DNA of 64,000 nucleotides from an uncultured Gemmatimonadota bacterium (GTDB lineage Bacteria; JAAXHH01): NCBI GenBank assembly GCA_951812955.1, contig OX638340.1, positions 3,456,001 to 3,520,000 of the forward strand, read 5' to 3'. Shown piece by piece: positions 1 to 6,923 of this stretch (position 1 is its first letter; each line of letters starts with the position of its first letter). The notes under the pieces were generated by a model. It saw only the letters and a program-made list of their open reading frames with translations, ran no database searches and was not told where the DNA came from. The position numbers and the translations under genes were made by a program.

Positions 1-250
1 AACGAATATAGGCTTGTTCACAAATCTGTTCGGGAGAGTCCAGAACGATGAAGTAGACCTGTTCGTGTAGCCCTTTTCCTGTCGTTTTCCTGACCTGTTG
101 CTCAGCTTCTTGGAATATACGTTTGACATCAATTTGTATCGGCTCCAAGTTGGGCAAATACACGACAATAGCCGGATACTCATTTCCATCTCGGAATAAG
201 GTCTTGACCTTGTACTCATATCCTTGTGAGGTCTCTGTTAGTTGTGTCAT
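1..250 (-). CDS. hypothetical protein, partial (N-terminal part; runs off the window start)
   Basis: Open reverse-strand frame from ATG (revcomp of 248-250) to the window edge, translating MTQLTETSQGYEYKVKTLFRDGNEYPAIVVYLPNLEPIQIDVKRIFQEAEQQVRK... A GAGAGG Shine-Dalgarno-like motif lies just upstream. Absent from the ORF track only because it is truncated by the window edge. GC is lower than in neighbouring genes. Confidence 0.4.
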   Translation of the reverse strand, partial: MTQLTETSQGYEYKVKTLFRDGNEYPAIVVYLPNLEPIQIDVKRIFQEAEQQVRKTTGKGLHEQVYFIVLDSPEQICEQAYIR

Positions 251-446
251 ATCAACCTCTCACCGATCTTCGATACGTGTTTTAAAACTTCCCGGTCGCG
301 TTCCCAAATAGTCGAGATAAACCGGAAAATCTCGGACTGTTTTTATAGATGAAAGACATTATGAATTACAAGACAAATGAAATCGTTTGCAAAAGGATGC
401 CAATTTAGTAACAAAATCACTCCCACCTGACAAGGAGATTCGTTAA

Positions 447-1517
447 ATGCCCAGTACCGCCCGTACCGTACGCGTGTTCGTCGGAACCTATACCCAGACC
501 ACCAGCAAGGGTATCTACGTATATGACGTCGATACCGCCACCGGCGTCATGGAATACGTCAGCCACGTGGAAGGCATCACGAATCCGTCCTTCCTGACCC
601 TGACGCCCGACGCCCGCTTCCTCTACGCCGTCGGCGAGACGGGCGATCCCCACGGCGGCGTCTTCGCCTATGCCGTGGACGCGTCGGGTTCGCTGACGCC
701 CCTGAACAACCAGTCCTCCGGGGGATCCGGCCCCTGTTCCATCGACGTGCACCGCAGCGGAAAGGCCGTGCTCGTGGCCAACTACGGCGGCGGGTCCGTA
801 TCCTCCTTTCCCGTGAACGATGACGGATCCCTGGGCGAGGCGGCATCGGTGATACAGCACACTGGCTCGAGCGTCGACCAGAGCCGCCAGAAGGAACCCC
901 ATGCACACATGATCCGCCACGACCTGGATTACAACTTCGTATTCTCGCCGGACCTGGGTACCGACAAGGTGATGATCTACGTCCTCGATTCGGACACGGC
1001 CGTGCTGACCCCCCACGGGGAGGCTTCCGTACCGCCCGGATCCGGACCCCGGCACATCGAGTTTCATCCCAATCGCAGGTTCGCTTACGTAATCAACGAG
1101 ATGGGCAACACGATCACGGCCTTCGCCTATGACGGATCGGCCGGTACGCTCACCGCGATGGAATCGGTGACGACGCTTCCAGACGGTTATGACGAGGTCA
1201 GCCACACGGCGGACATCCATATCACCGACGACGGCCGGTACCTATACGGCTCCAACCGGGGTCACGACAGCCTCGCCATGTACGCCGTCGACGGGGATTC
1301 GGGCCGCCTGACGCCCCTCGGCATCGTGCCCACGGGCGGCGAAAACCCGCGCAACTTCGGGATCGATCCGACCGGCAGCTTCGTACTCGTCGGCAACCAG
1401 AGCTCGGATACGGTCACCTACCACCGTCTCGACCCGGACACGGGTCTTCTCCATCTCTCGGGCATCGTGGCCGAAATCCCCATGTCGGTGTGCCTGAAGA
1501 TGATTGTGGTGGACTGA
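447..1517 (+). CDS. 7-bladed beta-propeller lactonase (6-phosphogluconolactonase / 3-carboxymuconate cycloisomerase-like family)
   Basis: 356-aa ORF with the typical family N-terminus (VFVGTYT...GIYVY...D..TG.L) and repeated blade motifs (YAVGE, VLVANYGGGSVSSFPV, YVINEMGNTITAF, YLYGSNRGHDSLAMYAV, FVLVGNQSSDTVTVY). RBS GGAG is 8 nt upstream. Confidence 0.8.
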   Translation: MPSTARTVRVFVGTYTQTTSKGIYVYDVDTATGVMEYVSHVEGITNPSFLTLTPDARFLYAVGETGDPHGGVFAYAVDASGSLTPLNNQSSGGSGPCSIDVHRSGKAVLVANYGGGSVSSFPVNDDGSLGEAASVIQHTGSSVDQSRQKEPHAHMIRHDLDYNFVFSPDLGTDKVMIYVLDSDTAVLTPHGEASVPPGSGPRHIEFHPNRRFAYVINEMGNTITAFAYDGSAGTLTAMESVTTLPDGYDEVSHTADIHITDDGRYLYGSNRGHDSLAMYAVDGDSGRLTPLGIVPTGGENPRNFGIDPTGSFVLVGNQSSDTVTYHRLDPDTGLLHLSGIVAEIPMSVCLKMIVVD

Positions 1518-1526
1518 ACCCGGCCG

Positions 1527-3848
1527 ATGTGCGCGCAACGCCGAAACCCAGAGTCCGGCAATCCGGACCTCGCCCGCCCGGACGCGTCCCCCCAGGACGC
1601 CTCCCGACAGGACCCCGCCCGCCCGGGCGCCTCCCCCCCTGACCCCGCGCGGCAGGACCGGGCCTGGTGGGAGTTCGTCGACCGGTCGCGGCGCGAGTCC
1701 ATGCCCTTCGAGGCCCACCTGGCGGCTTTCAGGCGCATATTCGAAGGGCGCCGGCCGGAGGACGGGCCGCCCGTGGTCTGGGCGCCCGACGAATCGGTAC
1801 GCCGCCGGTCCAATCTCCAGGCGAGCATGGCAGCCGTGGGCATCGACGAGTATGACGATTTCCACGCATGGTCCGTCCGCGACCGCACCGCCTTCTGGAC
1901 CCACACCCTCGAACGGCTCGGGATCGTATTCACGAAACCTCCGGACGCCATTCTGGACACGGGTGGAAGCGTCCGGGACCCCCGGTGGCTGCCGGGCGCG
2001 GAACTCAACATCGTCGACAGCTGCTTCACCGCGGATCCCGCCCGTCCCGCGGTCGTCACGCCCGGTCCGGACGGCCAGCCGCTTGTCAGGACATCCTACG
2101 GCGAACTGGAAGGCCTCGTCAACCGCGTCGCCAACGGCCTGCGCGACCGGAACCTGGCGCCCGGTCAGGCCATCGCGCTCTACATGCCGCTGAACCTGGA
2201 ATGCGTGATCGCCTACCTGGCCATCATCCGCGCGGGTTCGCACGTTGTCTCCATCGCCGACAGCTTCCCGGTATCGGAGGTCCGGCGTCGCATGGCCATT
2301 GCCGGCGCGAGCTGTGCGGTCACCATGGACCGGTACGTCCGCTCGGGCAAGACCATACCGCTCTACGACACGGTCGCCGAGGCGGGCGCGTCCACGATCA
2401 TCGTCGTGCCGTCCGGCGGCGCCACACCAGTGGACGATGTCCTGTCTCCAGGTTGCGCCGCGAAATCGGGCGATGTGCCGCCACCGGGCGCTGACGATTC
2501 CGCGGCCACATCAGATTCGTCCCGGCACCACCCCGCCGACGCTTCCACTGCCGCATCGAACGCGCCCCGACTCCGTCCGGGCGACATCGCCTGGTCCGAC
2601 CTCCTCTCCTCTGAAGACGTCTTTGAATCAGTGACGGGCGACCCCTATCGCACGACCAATATCCTGTTCTCCTCGGGAACCACCGGCGAGCCGAAGGCCA
2701 TTCCGTGGAACCATCTGACCCCCATCAAGAGCGCCATGGACGGATACTACCACCAGGACGTCCACGGGGACGACGTCACAACCTGGCCGACCAACATCGG
2801 CTGGATGATGGGGCCGTGGCTCATCTACGCCACCCTGATCAACGGCGCGTGTATGGCCCTGTATCCGGGCGCTGCCAATACCGCCGAATACCTCCGGTTC
2901 CTCCGGCGCGCCGGGGTTACCATGCAGGGCGTCATTCCCTCCCTGGTGCGGACCTGGAGGCGCGGCGGCGCGGCCGAGAACATCGACTGGCCGTCCATCC
3001 GCGTATTCAGTTCAACGGGTGAGCCCGCCAGCCGGGCCGACTACCTGTGGCTCATGAGCCGGGCCGGTTACCGGGCGCCCGTGATCGAATACCTCGGCGG
3101 CACCGAGATAGGGGGCGGCCACCTGGCCTGCACGGTGTTGCAACCTTGCTCACCCGCGGTATTTACCACGGCGAACCTGGGTGTGGATTTCGCTATCCTG
3201 GACGAGACCGGCGCGGAGGTCGGAGAGGACGGTACGGGCGAACTCTTCCTTATGCCCCCCGCATTGGGCATGTCTCAGCGGCTGCTCAACGGAGACCACG
3301 ACGCAGTCTATTACGAAGGCTGTCCGGCCGGACCTGAAGGCAGAATACTGCGTAGGCACGGGGACAATACGCAGAGACTTCACCAGGGTCGTTTCCGGGC
3401 CCAGGGAAGGGCGGACGACGGAATGAACCTGGGCGGCATCAAGATCAGCCCCCTTGAACTGGAACGGATCGTGGACGGACACCCCGCGGTCTACGAGAGC
3501 GCGGCCGTAGCGGTGCAGCCCGAGGGGGAAGGGGCGGAAAGGCTCGTCGTTTTCGTCGTTCAAGAAGGCGGAGACGGCCCCGCAAGTTTTCGAGCAGATG
3601 CCAGGGCGGGTTCATCGCCGATTAGCCAGGCCGACACATCCCCTGCCGTCCCAACCGATTCACATGCCGGCCTTGATCACGATCTCGACCCCAATGCGCT
3701 TAAGTCGGAACTCCAGGACATGGTCTCCTCCGGACTGAACCCGTTGTTCAAAATCTACCACGTCATCGTAGTGGACGAACTCCCCCATACCGCTTCAGGC
3801 AAGCTGGTCCGCCGTATTCTGAGAGATCGGATGAAGTCAGGCGACTAG
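1527..3848 (+). CDS. AMP-dependent synthetase/ligase (acyl-CoA synthetase-like) with low-complexity insertions
   Basis: AMP-binding signature FSSGTTGEPKAIPW, core GWMMGPW, and C-terminal LPHTASGKLVRRILRD (catalytic Lys region). The start may lie downstream, for example at M ~1701. Two Pro/Ala/Ser/Asp-rich inserts at ~2440-2580 and ~3590-3700 interrupt the otherwise conserved ligase. Confidence 0.8.
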   Translation: MCAQRRNPESGNPDLARPDASPQDASRQDPARPGASPPDPARQDRAWWEFVDRSRRESMPFEAHLAAFRRIFEGRRPEDGPPVVWAPDESVRRRSNLQASMAAVGIDEYDDFHAWSVRDRTAFWTHTLERLGIVFTKPPDAILDTGGSVRDPRWLPGAELNIVDSCFTADPARPAVVTPGPDGQPLVRTSYGELEGLVNRVANGLRDRNLAPGQAIALYMPLNLECVIAYLAIIRAGSHVVSIADSFPVSEVRRRMAIAGASCAVTMDRYVRSGKTIPLYDTVAEAGASTIIVVPSGGATPVDDVLSPGCAAKSGDVPPPGADDSAATSDSSRHHPADASTAASNAPRLRPGDIAWSDLLSSEDVFESVTGDPYRTTNILFSSGTTGEPKAIPWNHLTPIKSAMDGYYHQDVHGDDVTTWPTNIGWMMGPWLIYATLINGACMALYPGAANTAEYLRFLRRAGVTMQGVIPSLVRTWRRGGAAENIDWPSIRVFSSTGEPASRADYLWLMSRAGYRAPVIEYLGGTEIGGGHLACTVLQPCSPAVFTTANLGVDFAILDETGAEVGEDGTGELFLMPPALGMSQRLLNGDHDAVYYEGCPAGPEGRILRRHGDNTQRLHQGRFRAQGRADDGMNLGGIKISPLELERIVDGHPAVYESAAVAVQPEGEGAERLVVFVVQEGGDGPASFRADARAGSSPISQADTSPAVPTDSHAGLDHDLDPNALKSELQDMVSSGLNPLFKIYHVIVVDELPHTASGKLVRRILRDRMKSGD

Positions 3849-3887
3849 GCTTCTGTCGCTCAGCGCTGCTCTGCGAGTCAGTTTTAA

Positions 3888-3956
3888 AACGCTCACTCCC
3901 GTCCTTGCGTCAACGGCTTGACTGCCCCCTCCACGCGTCCGAGCCTTATTCTCGAA
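3888..3956 (-). pseudogene. 3'-terminal remnant of a small coiled-coil protein gene (paralog of 5850..6227)
   Basis: The reverse strand translates ...RLGRVEGAVKPLTQGRE*, matching the C-terminus ...RLGRVEGEVRALTEGRE* of ORF 5850..6227. It abuts a TCTCGAACTTTTT motif of the AT-rich repeat family, and there is no upstream coding continuation. Confidence 0.5.
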
Positions 3957-4167
3957 CTTTTTACGAAAACACGAAAAACACCCTTTGACATATACCTTTA
4001 TTTATCAGATATTTCACAATACCTCATGACGGAGTAATCATATCTCCGGAAGTATCCTTCGGTAAAGTAGGTAACACTCTTCCAGCCAACGGCTTTCCCA
4101 TCCTTACTAAAATCGTCAAATGGGCGTGTAGGTATAATCCCACATTGTCCCCTCCGAAAGGATTGTC

Positions 4168-5343
4168 ATGACACGCTTGTGTCTTAGACTCGTGTGCATT
4201 GCGTTACTGCCGGCATCCCTGTTTGTGCTTTCCACCTGCGGCAAGGATAGTTCCACCGCCCCAAGCGCTCCAACACCCCCTGCCCCGGTACCCGCCAGCA
4301 TCGAAATCACACCGGCGTCCGCTACGTTGAACGCCATCGATCAGACCGTTCAGTTGGCCCCAATGGTACTTGACGAGAATGGTGCTGAGATCGCCGATGC
4401 TTCGGTTACGTGGACTAGTGGCGCCGTGGACGTTGCGACGGTTAACGATCAAGGCCTGGTCACGGCGGTCAACAACGGGTCCGCGGTGATCACAGCACAG
4501 TCGGGCAGTCTTTCGGCATCGGCGAGTATCACCGTCTCGCAGGTGCCGGTCCGTATCGTAATCGAGATCCCGACCACGGGCCGGCTCATGCAGACGGACA
4601 CGGGCCAGAACATACTGGTAGCCACGGTACAGGATAGAAACGGACATCCGGTGGCCGGAGCGGAAGTGACATGGTCGAGCAGCGATGAATCCGTAGCGAC
4701 CGTCAGCGATCAAGGAGTGGTAAACGAGGTCTCGAGCGGGAGAACTCAGATCACAGCCCGATCGGGAGACCTGTCAGACTCGGTTAATTATGGTGTCTCG
4801 GCAAGGATTGCACTGGCCAGGTTGTATGAGGCGACAAATGGTCCGGATTGGACACAAAATACGAACTGGTTGACTGATGCACCGGTGGAAGAATGGCACG
4901 GTGTTACGGTCGGCTTGTTTGGACAGCTTACGATACTGAACCTGAACAATAACAACCTGGGTGGTTCGATTCCGATGGATGTGGGACAACTGTGGCCTCT
5001 TGAAGAACTGAATCTGGGATCCAATCGGATATCGGGCGAGATTCCCGCAACGATAGGAAAGCTGGAATATCTCGGCAAACTGAACCTGAGCGACAACCAG
5101 TTGTCAGGTGAGATACCGGCCGAACTTGGTTACCTTGCTAACCTCCGGGGTTTATTCCTACAAGACAATGAATCATTGAGCGGACCTCTGCCTGATTCGT
5201 TTACGAATCTCGAGCTTCAAACCCTGAACCTGGATGGAACAGAGCTTTGCGTGCCGGCCAGCTCGGAGTTCCAGACCTGGATCGAAGGGATTGAAAACGT
5301 AACCGCTTCCCCGTGCCCCAATCCGGAGACGGAAGTCCCCTGA
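4168..5343 (+). CDS. LRR lipoprotein (lipobox, 2x Big_2 Ig-like domains, one block of ~4 plant-type LRRs with Cys-pair C-cap)
   Basis: Signal plus lipobox LFVLSTCGKDS. The Big_2-like repeats are ITPASATLNAIDQTVQL...VTWTSG...VITAQSGSLSASASITVS. The N-cap is LARLYEATNGPDWTQNTNWLTDAPVEEWHGVT. The 24-residue LRRs are L.L.NN.L.GSIP...G.L..L. The C-cap is SGPLPDSFTNL...GTELCVPASSEFQTWIEGIENVTASPC. The 5' leader CCGAAAGGATTGTCATGACACGC is conserved with the paralogs at 6924 and 11943. Confidence 0.85.
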   Translation: MTRLCLRLVCIALLPASLFVLSTCGKDSSTAPSAPTPPAPVPASIEITPASATLNAIDQTVQLAPMVLDENGAEIADASVTWTSGAVDVATVNDQGLVTAVNNGSAVITAQSGSLSASASITVSQVPVRIVIEIPTTGRLMQTDTGQNILVATVQDRNGHPVAGAEVTWSSSDESVATVSDQGVVNEVSSGRTQITARSGDLSDSVNYGVSARIALARLYEATNGPDWTQNTNWLTDAPVEEWHGVTVGLFGQLTILNLNNNNLGGSIPMDVGQLWPLEELNLGSNRISGEIPATIGKLEYLGKLNLSDNQLSGEIPAELGYLANLRGLFLQDNESLSGPLPDSFTNLELQTLNLDGTELCVPASSEFQTWIEGIENVTASPCPNPETEVP

Positions 5344-5451
5344 CGGCACCTTACATTGTGGTCTGAGCTGGTTTTCCGAGTGAATTGAAGCGGGATACAC
5401 CGCGCACAAGCCGTTATTCATAGCGTACATCCTAGTAGTTACGGCAGTGAA

Positions 5452-5500
5452 AAGAACACAGACGGCGGCAAGCGCCTGGATGAATACGATCTGTTTCCGA
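5452..5500 (-). pseudogene. 5'-terminal remnant of a small TM/coiled-coil gene (paralog of 5850..6227)
   Basis: gacggcggcaagcgcctggatgaatacgatctgtttc here is near-identical to gacggccgccagcgcctggatgaatacgatcagtttc at 6183-6221, which is the N-terminal coding region of ORF 5850..6227 on the minus strand. There is no intact ORF. Confidence 0.4.
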
Positions 5501-5559
5501 ACACTCGAACTTCTCGCGACAATTAGATCTGCTCTTGCCCGTTGTTACTGCGTGTGCTC

Positions 5560-5797
5560 TCCGTGAACGCCGGCCGGGTGTTGACCTTTGACGTCCTGAT
5601 CTCCCAGGGTCTGGGGAGAATATGGCTACGCCAACCACAAACTGGTGCGCAGCCTGATTAAATCGCTCCGCCGCAAGATCGGTGACGACGCGCGCACTCC
5701 GGACTACATCCTCAACGTGCGCGGGGTCGGGTACCGAATGGCCCGGTCCGTGGAACTCAATGTGGAAACTCTAGCGCGGGATATCCCTGCGGTTTAA
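5560..5797 (+). pseudogene. C-terminal fragment of an OmpR-type winged-helix response regulator (paralog of the 3' ends of 14414..16807 and 30881..33259)
   Basis: The nucleotide and peptide match 16580-16807 (...NAGRV.TFD.LI.Q VWG.YGYANHKLVRSL.KSLRRKIGDDAR.PDYI.NVRG.GYRMAR...). A 1-nt insertion (cagggtctgggg vs caggtttgggg) shifts the frame, and everything upstream of the winged helix is missing. Confidence 0.6.
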
Positions 5798-5849
5798 TGC
5801 ACCTGGTGCGGATGACCTCGCTCCGCTCTGCAGATCAGGTCCATAAGGC

Positions 5850-6227
5850 TCACTCCCGGCCTTCCGTCAACGCCCTGACCTCCCCCTCCACGCGTCCAAG
5901 CCGCTTGTTCATTGCATGTATTTCCACCTGGATGGCTGCATGCTCTTCGCGCATCTCTTCTCTGATGGCGGCGTGCTCTTCGCGCATCTCTTCACGCATT
6001 GAGGTGTGCTCTTCGCGCATCTCTTCTCTGATGGCGGCGTGCTCTTCACGCATCGCATTTCTGAACGATAGGAATTGCTCCTGCATTTCCGTCCGAAACG
6101 ACCGGAATTCCTCTCGCATTTCGATGCGCAGTTCGCTGGTGGGTTGCCTGGTCCAGGTGATTACAGCAAAAACGAGGATGCCGACGGCCGCCAGCGCCTG
6201 GATGAATACGATCAGTTTCTGATACAT
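5850..6227 (-). CDS. small membrane-anchored coiled-coil repeat protein (XhlA/DUF1640-like motif), 125 aa
   Basis: N-terminal TM helix LIVFIQALAAVGILVFAVITW, then heptad-like REEF/REEH repeats including four exact in-frame 33-bp (11-aa REEMREEHAAI) tandem units. The C-terminus AMNKRLGRVEGEV is shared with ORF 16848..17093 (RMDKRFDTLEKKV) and with several remnants. It is divergent from the LRR gene at 6924. Confidence 0.6.
   Translation of the reverse strand: MYQKLIVFIQALAAVGILVFAVITWTRQPTSELRIEMREEFRSFRTEMQEQFLSFRNAMREEHAAIREEMREEHTSMREEMREEHAAIREEMREEHAAIQVEIHAMNKRLGRVEGEVRALTEGRE
5937..6068. repeat. 4 tandem near-identical 33-bp units (in-frame, encoding REEMREEHAAI repeats)
   Basis: Direct reading shows gcgtgctcttcgcgcatctcttctctgatggcg repeated 4x with 1-3 substitutions each. 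Confidence 0.85.
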
Positions 6228-6325
6228 TCCGTTCCTCTCTACCGTTCCTCTTTATCGTACCTCTCTACCGTTCCTCTTTATCGTTCCTCGTCCACAGTTC
6301 AGTACGATTGAAGAAACCGGATCAC

Positions 6326-6400
6326 ACCCCGTACGCCGCATCCGATACACCGCATCTCATACGCCGTATTCCGTACACCGCAACCCCTACCGCCTCCCAT
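6326..6400. repeat. array of degenerate 13-14-bp direct repeats (CGCATCCSWTACRC-like)
   Basis: ccgtacgccgcat ccgatacaccgcat ctcatacgccgtatt ccgtacaccgcaa cccctaccgcctcc. The same repeat flavour occurs at 33345-33473 (gcgcatcccttac gcgtatccctctcc...). Confidence 0.6.
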
Positions 6401-6776
6401 GCGACGTGTCTGTTATAAGTAACAGTCGGAGTCTAATTGGAATTCTCGAACTTTTTCTTATGATAAATCGATTTTCAAACACCAATTCTTCACTTACGAC
6501 ATGTCTGCTAATAGCAATAGTCAGCTTCCAATCAGGAACATCAAAATTTCCTGACATATTTCGATTGTCACTTATTCTTCACCTACGACGTGTCTGTTAT
6601 TAGTAACAGTCGGGGATCATTCATATATCTAGAACTATGTTTATTGTAATACGACTTTTACATGATTACATTGCCAATGACGTGTATGTTATTTATACGG
6701 AGTCCAATCGGAAATCTCGAGTTTTTCTGCAATAATAATAAGAAGTACTTTTGTCTCATTCCTTCATCCATTGAAC
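6401..6776. repeat. tandem array of four degenerate ~90-98-bp AT-rich units, each starting GACGTGTCTGTTAT..TAGTCGGAG
   Basis: The units are 6401-6497, 6498-6586, 6587-6678 and 6679-~6776. All begin GAC(G/A)TGT(C/A)TG(T/C)TA and end ...TTCTTCACYTAC or a variant. Units 1 and 3 carry perfect CTGT-N8-ACAG palindromes at 6410-6425 and 6594-6609. Unit 1 carries CTCGAACTTTTTC. Confidence 0.8.
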
Positions 6777-6923
6777 AATGCGCAAAACACCTTGTTAGTA
6801 CAAACACAACCATCGAAACAACTTAAATAAATCAGGTATCACCCTCCTGGCCTTCAGTTTACCCGTTTTTACTTAAAATCAAAGAGTGGGTAATTGTCTT
6901 TTTCCCCTTCCCGAAGGATTGTC

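Noticed and set aside
417-2243. Long minus-strand ORFs (417..1220, 1242..2243, 1418..2059) and nested plus ORFs overlapping the lactonase and ligase genes
   Set aside because: They lie antisense to, or out of frame within, strongly supported genes in ~65% GC DNA where stop codons are rare by chance. The peptides are Arg/Gly/Pro-rich, with low complexity and no motifs.
6401-6776. Possible CRISPR array (regularly spaced repeats)
   Set aside because: The units are ~95 bp and degenerate, and they abut one another without unique spacers. There is no cas gene nearby. Structurally this is a tandem repeat or MITE-like array, not CRISPR.
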